From Candidatus Bathyarchaeia archaeon (GTDB lineage Archaea; Thermoproteota; Bathyarchaeia; 40CM-2-53-6), in contig JBEKFP010000001.1 in the NCBI GenBank assembly GCA_050013255.1, forward strand, positions 224,001 through 288,000: a stretch of 64,000 nt of DNA, read 5' to 3'. Positions 19,780-29,000 of this stretch are shown piece by piece. The position numbers and the translations under genes are program-made. Position 1 is the first letter of the stretch, and every line of letters starts with the position of its first letter. Under the pieces are notes generated by a model that was given only the letters and a program-made list of their open reading frames with translations, searched no databases and was not told where the DNA came from.

Positions 19780-20653
19780 GCTCCGCGTCGGTGCATTCCG
19801 TGATTAGCGAGGTGGGGAGCCAGCAATCGTCGTCCTCGCTCCACTCCGCCTCCATCTCACGCCGCCAACGCCAAGGATCGTTCGCCAACTGCTTCCGTAT
19901 CTTCTCCAGGATACCCTTCTTCAGGGGGCCGTTCGGTTCAAGCGCCTGTTCCCACGTGACGTGGTCGCGGCTGAAATCTTCAAACTCCTTATCCTTACAG
20001 ATCCTGTAGAAAACGTGGTCGCGGGACCAGGGTGTCGAGTTGGCTATGAAGAACCCGTTCGTCGTGCCCAACGTGAAAAGAATCGCATCGTAGAGCTCCT
20101 CGTCATCCCGCACGAAGTTGAACTCGGTCGCAAGTACGCCATGCAGTGTCGGGCCCCGTATCGTGTCGGGGTTGCAAGGATAGGCTTCAATGTTAGAACC
20201 GTTAGTTAGCGACACTTTCGTTTTGAGCGGTTTCCGACCGACTAGGATTTCGCGGTAAGGGACACTCCTAGGTAGACGCTGAATGAACGCGTTGATCTTT
20301 CGGATTACGAGTTTGCTTTGGCGAAAGCTTGGACCCACAACTCCTAGTTGGACGCCGTCGTTTTTGACTGCGTACCAGAGCAATTTGCTAGACGCCGAGT
20401 GGTCTTTTCCACTCTGGCGACACCATAGCTGCGCAATGAAATGGGCCGGGTCGTTGAGGAACTTGGCTTGGTAGTTGGTCGGTTCGAAGCCTAGGGCTTC
20501 TTTGCAGAAGGCTACGGGGCCTTTCCCGGCGAATTCCTTGAGCCGTTGGAAGGCGCCTAGGCTTCCCGCTTCAGCTTCCCGCTTGCTTCTGAGCTTCCTT
20601 TGTTCCTCTCTGGCTTGCTGCAATCTCCGCTCTGAATTGCTCATTCGTCTCAC
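19706..20653 (-). CDS. Terminase large subunit, N-terminal ATPase domain
   Basis: YQAKFL, RQSGKD Walker A, NGSNIEA, IRGPT, STP coupling motif, REMEAEW. Confidence 0.85.
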   Translation of the reverse strand: MRRMSNSERRLQQAREEQRKLRSKREAEAGSLGAFQRLKEFAGKGPVAFCKEALGFEPTNYQAKFLNDPAHFIAQLWCRQSGKDHSASSKLLWYAVKNDGVQLGVVGPSFRQSKLVIRKINAFIQRLPRSVPYREILVGRKPLKTKVSLTNGSNIEAYPCNPDTIRGPTLHGVLATEFNFVRDDEELYDAILFTLGTTNGFFIANSTPWSRDHVFYRICKDKEFEDFSRDHVTWEQALEPNGPLKKGILEKIRKQLANDPWRWRREMEAEWSEDDDCWLPTSLITECTDAELEIREFGGELRSFWATELAADLPR

Positions 20654-21203
20654 GAACCTCGTCTAGGAGAACTTGGATGTCGCGGCGGTCGTAACCCTGC
20701 AGAAGCGCCATGTCGGTTCGGACAGTAGTGTTAGCCAAGCGCATCGCTTCCATACGCGCCTTCGCATTCCTAGCTGCCTCCTCACTCTCGCAGAGCTTGA
20801 TAACCGTCTTCAGAATGGCGTCCACAGTGTCGTGAAGATCCAACCGACCCTGCTGTGTATCTTTGCTGGCCTTCAACGGTTGTTTCGTTGGACCAGGCGC
20901 TTCGACCGCTGGCAGTGTCAGGGCAATAGCTTGGAGTTGCAACGTGCGGACGAGGGTGTCTAGGTGGCGGAGGAGGGCTGGGGTGCCTTCCTTTGCTTCA
21001 ACGGACTGTTTCACGTATTCGACTAGCACGAACTTTGCCAACTCGTTGAGGGAAACCCCCCTCGACATGGCCCGGGCTTGTAAACCGCTTCGTATGAGGG
21101 GATCGAGGCGCAAAATGAGGCGAGGGTTACCTTCGTTTGGCACCGTTTGGCACCACCCCTCGAGGGGTGGATCCACCCTCTTAATTGCGAACGGTAGTAG
21201 CAA
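20571..21203 (-). CDS. RHH/Arc-like N-terminus plus helical domain, probable terminase small subunit
   Basis: RLILRLDP...GVSLNEL RHH signature; lies directly upstream of TerL. Confidence 0.5.
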   Translation of the reverse strand: MLLPFAIKRVDPPLEGWCQTVPNEGNPRLILRLDPLIRSGLQARAMSRGVSLNELAKFVLVEYVKQSVEAKEGTPALLRHLDTLVRTLQLQAIALTLPAVEAPGPTKQPLKASKDTQQGRLDLHDTVDAILKTVIKLCESEEAARNAKARMEAMRLANTTVRTDMALLQGYDRRDIQVLLDEVRETNEQFRAEIAASQRGTKEAQKQAGS

Positions 21204-21335
21204 CGTTACAGGTTAGAACATGTAATAGGACATCATAGCTGGCAACAGAGAGTTATGAATTGAGCGAGGGGCCTCTAATCTTCGTTCGATGTGACTAAGT
21301 TGATTTATCTGCACGCCGAAGAAAGAGTCAAGAAT

Positions 21336-21704
21336 CTATGGTCGTCGAGTGACCCTTGAACGTCGAAGCGGCAACAGTGTCTTGAGATCTTCTCCATAGG
21401 GCTGGAGACCCGCGGATTTCCTGTATCCATTCATTAACGCTCTCATCTTTGGGATCATATGAGGAACAAGGCTTACGTGCGCGGAAGTGTCCCGGCCCGT
21501 TCTCTCGCCCTCAACATGCAACGAGGAAGGATTCTCGGTCCTGAGTAATTCATACGCTTCTCGGATCAAGGATCGGTGCTTTGGGGGGTAGCCATGAGGG
21601 AGTAGTTCCATCGGTAGGTGCTTGCCCCCGATGCGATGGTCTTCGAAGAGCTTGTTTATGATGTACCCTTTTGCGTGATTGAGCGTCCCTAGTTTGAACA
21701 CCAT
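21336..21704 (-). CDS. Uncharacterised wHTH-like protein (GGxH...VSL family), paralog of 42095-42376
   Basis: KGYIINKL...IGGKHL...L.HG...HVSL aligns by eye with 42095-42376. Confidence 0.6.
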   Translation of the reverse strand: MVFKLGTLNHAKGYIINKLFEDHRIGGKHLPMELLPHGYPPKHRSLIREAYELLRTENPSSLHVEGERTGRDTSAHVSLVPHMIPKMRALMNGYRKSAGLQPYGEDLKTLLPLRRSRVTRRP

Positions 21705-21805
21705 TGGAATTTATTCCACTATCTTTGGAATTAGCCGCAACGATTATAAAGGGTGACGAAAGATGATTATCATCATGATGACGATAACGTACAGGAGGTA
21801 CACAA

Positions 21806-22105
21806 TTGAAGAGAATTAGTGAAGGTCCTCTTGGAATAGTGTTTGGTGGCCCTGTGGCCCGGGTTCTCGACCAGGCTAGGATTGTAGGCAACATGGAGCA
21901 GACGATTCCTATGCTGGCTCAGTCAACCGGCTTGACATTTAAGACTGTCCAGAAAGCGGTCCTGAGACTGAATCAAATCGGATTGGTGAAGCGCTCAAGA
22001 AAGATCGCAAACGCCCAGACCTACAGATTCGATGTGGAGAACGAGCTGCATGAGCTGCTGGTTTGGACTGAACAGCTTCCCGTCAAACGACTTCGACACC
22101 GATAG
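21806..22105 (+). CDS. Winged-helix DNA-binding protein
   Basis: GGAGGT SD; TIPMLAQSTGLTFKTVQKAVLRL..IGLVKRSRKIANAQTY; resembles 41685-42032. Confidence 0.7.
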   Translation: MKRISEGPLGIVFGGPVARVLDQARIVGNMEQTIPMLAQSTGLTFKTVQKAVLRLNQIGLVKRSRKIANAQTYRFDVENELHELLVWTEQLPVKRLRHR

Positions 22106-22260
22106 GACGACGACTGATGCGAGCGCAATGCGCCAGCTAGGCCACGAACCAAGCCAAAACATCTCGAAAACCGCGCCATAGACCAGGCTAGACTAGGTTC
22201 TAATCCCGTATCCAAAGTATGTTTCGGCAGCACGTCCAGTTTTGCCTTCCGCTATGTTCG

Positions 22261-22346
22261 AACGCAGGTGCACTTCTGCGAGAAAACAGGGTTTTTCCGC
22301 CAGACCGTTTAACCCCCCCCAATAGAACACTAACAATACCGCAACC
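22261..22346 (+). repeat. ~85-bp repeat, copy 1
   Basis: AACGCAGGTGCACTTC...TTCCGCCAGACCGTT...AACAATACC; closely similar copy at 24503-24585. Confidence 0.85.
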
Positions 22347-22470
22347 AGTATTCATTGAGCGGTTGTCCTAAGCAACTGCTTGCCTCTGACGTTTCCTTCT
22401 TGGAAACACGAACATCCGGCGGCATGCTTAATTGAAGACTCCGCTGGAGTTTGAAATCAGTGATTGACCT

Positions 22471-22749
22471 TTGCCAAATCAGGTTCACTGCGCTCATATC
22501 CTCGTGAAGACGGAGAAGGAGGCACAGATGGTCCTGGGTCGGCTGAGTAAGGGAGAGAAGTTCTCCAATATTGCGAAAGAGGTCTCCCGCGACCCGGGTT
22601 CGGGCAAACGTGGAGGAGACCTCGGCTGGTTCACGCGCGGAAAGATGGTGAAGGAGTTCGAGCAGACCGCGTTTGCGCTCCAGAAAGGACAGACCTCACC
22701 CATCGTGAAAACACCATTTGGATACCACATCATTCGCAGACTAGAATAG
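22471..22749 (+). CDS. Parvulin-type peptidyl-prolyl isomerase
   Basis: HILVK, GGDLGWF, MVKEFE, KTPFGYHII motifs. Confidence 0.93.
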   Translation: MPNQVHCAHILVKTEKEAQMVLGRLSKGEKFSNIAKEVSRDPGSGKRGGDLGWFTRGKMVKEFEQTAFALQKGQTSPIVKTPFGYHIIRRLE

Positions 22750-22828
22750 CTCTCACGCCGTTAGGGTTGTTTAGAGCGTTCACCTAGAAGCATGGCGTCT
22801 CATTGGTTCTCTGTCATATTCCCCTTAG

Positions 22829-22871
22829 GAGGTTATGTTAATGAGTAACCTCTGTATCATTAATGATACAG
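22829..22871. promoter_or_regulatory. Tandem inverted repeats at the start of the AbiE-like operon
   Basis: GAGGTTA-N10-TAACCTC (22829-22852) and a perfect 20-bp palindrome CTGTATCATTAATGATACAG (22852-22871) over the ATG. Confidence 0.7.
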
Positions 22872-23654
22872 GCGTTACTTGTGCCAAGAACCCTTGATGC
22901 AGTAAAGGCAGAAAAAGTTGCAAGTGTGGTCAAAAAACTCGGCCGCAGCGCTTCATTTCGAAACATATGGAAGGAAGTTGCGCGTGCAGGGATTTTGACG
23001 CATAACACAACGTTGCGGACGTATCTAGACCTGTTGGTGAAGAGCGACGTACTGAGTGTGCGAAAACAGGACGTAGGATCAGTATACTCAAAGGAGACAT
23101 ACTTTGTCAAGTCGGAAAAACCAAAGGTGTGCGTTGGCCTCGTTATCCTGCAGAAGCACGGCCTCAACTGGGATGTACCCGAAACGGACATCCGCACCAT
23201 TCTCACTGATTTCATCGGCCTAGCACGTTCCAAACCTTTCGAACATGGTTTGATGGCGTCCTTAGAGGACTGCCTGGTGAATGAAGCCTATGCGGATGCA
23301 AAAAAGCAGACGGGAACATTTTCTCTTGTTGCTGCGATGATCTCTACAAGGAAATTGGACCTTCCTTATTTCTTACAGCGGGCTGACGAAAATCACCTAG
23401 GAAGGGCCTTTCGGCTGCTCTTTAGCCGAATACTAGAAACAACATCCTCGAATGTCACCAGCGTCGATGCACCTGCGTTCTTAGCGGTTCGCGAGCGATT
23501 TCTTGGCATCACCAGACAATATTCGCGCTCTGGGTTTTGGAAGCTCGTCGATGGTGAGAAAGGGGTTGGAGTGATTGGACTCAATCTCGTAGAGGATTTG
23601 AGCGAAAGCGACTTGATCCTCACCGCGGCAAAACAGCTTGGAGTAGTGGGTTAA
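22863..23654 (+). CDS. AbiEi-like antitoxin with an N-terminal wHTH
   Basis: wHTH N-terminus, ASLEDCLV segment; 1-nt overlap with the downstream nucleotidyltransferase. Confidence 0.55.
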   Translation: MIQALLVPRTLDAVKAEKVASVVKKLGRSASFRNIWKEVARAGILTHNTTLRTYLDLLVKSDVLSVRKQDVGSVYSKETYFVKSEKPKVCVGLVILQKHGLNWDVPETDIRTILTDFIGLARSKPFEHGLMASLEDCLVNEAYADAKKQTGTFSLVAAMISTRKLDLPYFLQRADENHLGRAFRLLFSRILETTSSNVTSVDAPAFLAVRERFLGITRQYSRSGFWKLVDGEKGVGVIGLNLVEDLSESDLILTAAKQLGVVG

Positions 23655-24340
23655 TGAAAAGGCCTAAAGACATACGCGTTGCACCCATAGAGTGGGTCGA
23701 AATTCTCAAGGTTGCTTATCCGTTTCTTCATGAAAAGGCGGGCGATCTAGTAATCTTCGGATCCCAAGCTCTATCCATTCACATGAAGAACCCGCTGCGA
23801 AGCAAAGATCTAGACATGCTCTCTGCCCAAGTCGGCCCTCTTCAAATGGAGCAGTTGTCAACAAAACTCTCGGATCTTACGAACGTGGAATTGAGGTCAA
23901 TTTCAGTTCAAAGTAGAATGTTTGGCCCAAGGAAGATGACTACATATGCGATTGAGCTTCGGATCAAGGAAAGGCCCTTCTTCGTAGAGGTGTTCGATCG
24001 CATATTGGATGGACGGGCGCCCTCTACCCTGCAGCCCTATGTTGAGCCCGTAAAGCGTTGGAAGTTGGAGGTCTGGGCTCCCGACAGAGAAGCGACCGTC
24101 GCACTTCGTATGGCGTTCAGACAGCCCGAGGGAATAAGTAGGTTCAATGCAACACGCCTAAACGCTTTCATTGACGAGAACCGACGTTCGATACGATTTA
24201 AGCGGGTAAGGTCCATTCTCAAGAACTGGAATATTGAGGACTGGGTAGAGAAGAATCTCATTGATCTGTACCGTAGAAATAGGTTGCGAATAATCGGGGA
24301 CAGCAAAATCATTCCGGGTATTGAGAGGAAACTCGGGTGA
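23654..24340 (+). CDS. AbiEii/MenT-like nucleotidyltransferase toxin
   Basis: IFGSQAL...RSKDLD Pol-beta NTase motif. Confidence 0.65.
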   Translation: MKRPKDIRVAPIEWVEILKVAYPFLHEKAGDLVIFGSQALSIHMKNPLRSKDLDMLSAQVGPLQMEQLSTKLSDLTNVELRSISVQSRMFGPRKMTTYAIELRIKERPFFVEVFDRILDGRAPSTLQPYVEPVKRWKLEVWAPDREATVALRMAFRQPEGISRFNATRLNAFIDENRRSIRFKRVRSILKNWNIEDWVEKNLIDLYRRNRLRIIGDSKIIPGIERKLG

Positions 24341-24502
24341 CATCAAAGGGAGGTGGGCGCATTATTGTTCGATACCGTTGAAGAAAGAACAATCGCACTG
24401 ACTGTGATTATGGGTTAGAGTAGGCAATAGGAAATCCGGTCCCGTGAGGGCGGCAGAAACAAGCATTCGACGAGGCTTCGGGTATTTATGTGGTTGTGCG
24501 GA

Positions 24503-24625
24503 AACGCAGGTGCACTTCCGCTAGAAAACGGGCCTTTTCCGCCAGACCGTTCAACTCCCCATAGAACCATAACAATACCACAACCGCACGACTAACCAAC
24601 AAACCCGAATCCTTAGCCACACGCT
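24503..24625 (+). repeat. ~85-bp repeat, copy 2, with an extension shared with 30992-31015
   Basis: Matches 22261-22346; AACCCGAATCCTYAGCCACACGCT at 24602-24625 recurs at 30992-31015. Confidence 0.85.
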
Positions 24626-24763
24626 TTTTCTTCTGTGTGAGTCTGTTGTTCACCAATAAAGCGAGGCATGGACTAGCCTTGAACCGATCTCAGCTCTGGA
24701 AATCTGGCGTTGTAGCTGCGATCTTCCTGACTACACAATGAAATTTAAACGCAGACGCTCATC

Positions 24764-25834
24764 ATGAATGATGATGCTGAAAGGATGCTAACTCCACTTG
24801 GGGTCAACACTATGGATGAAAGTGAAGTGAAGATTGTGATTGGACAGGCTGTGGGAAGAGCCTACAACTTAGACCGCGCTGAAAAGAGTATTCCTATGCT
24901 TCAACGCCTATTCGAAGAGCCTCAGAGAACCGAATTGGAACGGGCGAGTAGTGAACTGCTTGCTTCGGATAACTTTGATGAGCATACTGTAGCGTTCATA
25001 CTTCAGGCCTCCCTGCAAACCGACCTTCCGAATCCAGCTCCTATCGATTGGCGTGATCTAGCATTGGATATCCGTGAATTGGAAAACACAGTCGCGGATT
25101 ACATGTATCGCCTGGAACGGGAGATGGAAAACAAAGATAAAGTGACTGAATCAGATAAGCCAGCGATGGCCGAAATGCACGATGCCCTGCGTGAATGGGC
25201 CAACTCTCTCGGCAGCGTTGTGTCTCATATGCGCGAGGAGAACTGGATTGAGGCGAAAGTTGAGGTTGACAAAGCATTCTATGCTTCGCAGTCACAAGCA
25301 ATCGACGCATTGAAAACATTCTACGAGAATCCCATTCTAGCGGAAGTTATTGATAGATTTCGTGACAAGACAAAACAATTCCACGAGACAATACTTCGTT
25401 ACCCATCACGAATGATTATTCCCAAAGATCGAGTGAAAACTATCCTTGATGTTCAAGCCGTGTACCTGCGTCTACAGCAACTCTACTTCGAGGATCGAAA
25501 CCGCGAAGCGAACCAAGTTATCGGTTACCCTATAGAGAAACTCGGAGATGCTATTGATTTCCTACTTCAAACTAGCAAGCGTTTAGAGACCGCGAATTAT
25601 GAGATTGGGCTCGGGGTAGGCAATCTAAGAAGGGGGCTACCCAAGATTAACGACCCTGCTCTTAGGAGAGTGTTAGTCGATTTGGCTGATAGGTTGGATA
25701 CAATCTTCTCAAGCCTGCCTGCAGAACCTTGGCCAATGAAGGATTATGGCCATCCTGATGTTGAATCGCGATTTGACTCAGATCCGTATGGCCCGACATA
25801 CAACCATGGAGAACAAACCAAAGACGAAACCTAG
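24764..25834 (+). CDS. Hypothetical acidic alpha-helical protein
   Basis: 356-aa ORF with a TTTAAA box ~20 nt upstream; no recognisable motif. Confidence 0.6.
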   Translation: MNDDAERMLTPLGVNTMDESEVKIVIGQAVGRAYNLDRAEKSIPMLQRLFEEPQRTELERASSELLASDNFDEHTVAFILQASLQTDLPNPAPIDWRDLALDIRELENTVADYMYRLEREMENKDKVTESDKPAMAEMHDALREWANSLGSVVSHMREENWIEAKVEVDKAFYASQSQAIDALKTFYENPILAEVIDRFRDKTKQFHETILRYPSRMIIPKDRVKTILDVQAVYLRLQQLYFEDRNREANQVIGYPIEKLGDAIDFLLQTSKRLETANYEIGLGVGNLRRGLPKINDPALRRVLVDLADRLDTIFSSLPAEPWPMKDYGHPDVESRFDSDPYGPTYNHGEQTKDET

Positions 25835-26054
25835 GTCTAGGGAGGGGATGCGGTTGGCTAATGTTCGCTTTCATCTTCAGCACTGTGGTCATGAATGAAA
25901 GTCGAAGAAGGTTTTTCCTAGAAGCACGAGATGCCCAGATTGCAAATCACGCGAGGTCATTAAGCGGCTTCGGTAGAAAGCACTGTTGCTCTCGCAAAAT
26001 TCGAGATGAAGATTGGCTTTCTGAAAAAAGACTGTTACTGTATGGTGAGACAAG

Positions 26055-29000
26055 TTGCTAGATTGGTCGAAGCTGAAACCATATCACAACAATAAGCATC
26101 TGAGCTTTGAGGAACTCTGTTATCAGACAGCCAAATGTCTTTTTCAGGATCATTTCACTCGCATTGATGATACCGGAGGAGGGGACGGTGTAGAGTTTTA
26201 CAGGGTTCTACCTGAAGGTGATGAATGGGGATGGCAAGCAAAGTTCTACTATCCTCAAGCTCGTCTAAACCTGAGCAATCGCAAAGCTTCCATCGAAGAA
26301 TCCCTAATTTCCTCGTGTAAGAAACATCCACGTCTCAAGAAGTGGATCTTGTGTACGCCGACAAACCTGACTCCTGAAGAGAGCACGTGGTTCAGCCAAG
26401 AACTCAAGAAGAAGATTCCGACCAATATGACGGTCGAACTCGAACATTGGGGTGACGGCGAGTTCAATGACTGGACAAGACATCCGCATTTTGGCGGAAT
26501 TAGGCACTATTTCTTCGGCGAGTTGGAGTTCACAATGGATTGGTTCAAGAAACGCTTCGAAGAGATCTCTCCGATCTACAAAGATAAGTTCAATCCAGCG
26601 TTGCACACACCGACTATTTTCGATAGCCATATTCAGAATACCCTCTGTGAGTTAACTCTTACACAGGAATTGCATGAAATAGTGGAATATATTCGCACTA
26701 AAATCCAAGAGTATGTGAAGACGGTTGACGATCTGAAAAAACCCTTACCTATGCACATTGACTGGGGAACAGTCAAGAGTGTCCTAATCGCTGCTCTCGA
26801 ACCAAATGCGAGTGTTGCCAAAGATGCCTTGGCTAGGCTCAAGAAGGTCTGTGAATTCTTGGACCAGGGTTTGATTGACGAGATAAGGTCCTGGAATCTA
26901 AATGAAACTGAGGATTTTCTAAAGGTGATTGTTCAATCGAGCGAGTCGTGTGAGAAGGCGTGTTCTGGGTTTGACGAAAATGCCCTTACGTACACAGGAG
27001 AGGAAAGAGAAAGAGTCAGAGCTCTTGGCGAAGCATCTCAGATGGTGCGTCAACCGATCAGACTTGCAGCCGTACTCGCCGACAGTTTTTCTGATTTTAC
27101 TCGTGTTCTAAGAGCTGTAACCCGTTCGAACCTGAACATACTCGGAGGTCCAGGAGTTGGCAAAACACACCTTGTTAGTCACGTTGTCGATGAAAGAATA
27201 AGAAGAGAACTGCCGGCTATCTTGGTGCCCGGCAGTAGGTTCATGAGTCAACAACCGATTTCGCAGCAACTACTTCAAATGCTCGACATCCCGGCAAATT
27301 ACAGTTGGGACGATTTCCTTTCTGCTCTAGATTGCTCTGCTCAGGCATACGGAACCAGAGTTCCACTCGTCATAGACGGTCTAAATGAGGCGATAGCTAG
27401 CGGGACTCTGTCAGAGATATGGAAACGCGAATTACCGGTCCTGATCAACCAAATCAAGCAACTCAAGAATATCGTGCTCATAACAACCTGTCGAACGAGT
27501 TATGAGAAAGGCGTATGGCCTGATGATGCTCTTCCAAACAGGCTTTACTTGCGCGGATGGTCTCCAGAAAATCTCGAAGCAGCAATTCACAAGTACTTCG
27601 ATTGGTACAAAATAAGTGGCGACCTGACAACTTCATCTCTTCGTCAGTTTCAGAATCCCATATACCTGAAGATCTTCTGTGAGGCTAACAACGCTGAACG
27701 TCGACAGGAGAAAGAGGTCTATGTCGGAGAAGAGACGCTTTTTGAGGTTTTCAAGGTTTGGTTGAACCAGTGCAGCCAAAGCATATGTGACAGGCTCAAC
27801 TTGCACACCAGCGTCTCAGTGGCTCAAGATTCCATCAGAAAGATCGCCCTTCGAATCTGGGAAAAGCATGTTAGAGAACTCCCCATTGCGGAATTAGCCG
27901 AGATCGTAGACAATACACCTCTGAAGGAGCTGCAGTGGAACCAGTCCTGGACAAAAGCAGTCCTCGACGAGGGGTTACTGGTGTGTCGTGATCTACGTGA
28001 CCAGGGGGAAGTCGCATACTTCACGTATGATTTACTTGGCGGATACGTGATCGCACACAGTCTTGTCGAGAAAGAGAAAAACAGCTTGGACAGTTTCCTG
28101 AAATCTAATGAGGTGACGAACAAACTCTTCTCGGACGACTACAGAAATCTGCATCCCCTGTATGAAGACATTTCGCGATCTCTTGCTGTAGTCTTGCCAG
28201 TAACAACCGGTCGATTTCTGCATCAGGTGAGGGAAGATGAGAAACCATTCAACTTCTCAATCGCGGCTATTTTCGAACTTCCACCAAGCGTTGTTTCGAA
28301 TGGTTGTGTTGAGCTCATCGCGAAGTTGTTCGATGACGAACGGAACAGGAAATATCTAATCAGTCTGGCGGCGTCTACGATGACACAGACGCAACACCCA
28401 CTTAATGCGGTTTTCTGGTCCAAGCGACTGTTGGAACTTCCGATGGCGGAACGCGACACTTGTTGGACGGAATATGTGCGAGAGAACGAGGAACAGCTCC
28501 AAAGTACTGTGGTCCGGTTCGAAAGACTTTGCATGGATAGAGACGCCTCTTCCCCCGTTGCTAAAGAAAGATGTCATCTGATGGCCCAACAGCTAATGTG
28601 GACGTTAACTTCAACGGCGCGAACGCTCCGGGATAAGACGACTCGAGCGCTGTACTGGTATGGACGATGGATGCCTGACCGTTTCTTTGACCTGGTGCTA
28701 TCATCTCTAGAAGTCAATGATCCGTACATCTCTGAGAGAATGCTCGCTGCAACCTATGGTGTGGCTATGGCTCGACAGATCGAGTTTACAGACAATACTT
28801 TCACTACGGTAACATTGCCCAGATATGGGAAAGAGTTGTATGAGGTAATGTTCGGAGAGAAGGCGCCTCATAGAACAACCCACATTCTCATGCGAGACTA
28901 TGCTCGACGCACAATTGAGCTGGCGTTGATTCATCATCCGGACTTGCTAAGCTCAGAACAGCAACAAAGGATTAGACCGCCGTTCTCAGAAGAGGGGATC

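Noticed and set aside
22261-24585. Canonical integron attC sites
   Set aside because: No proper RYYYAAC/GTTRRRY ends and no integron integrase in the window
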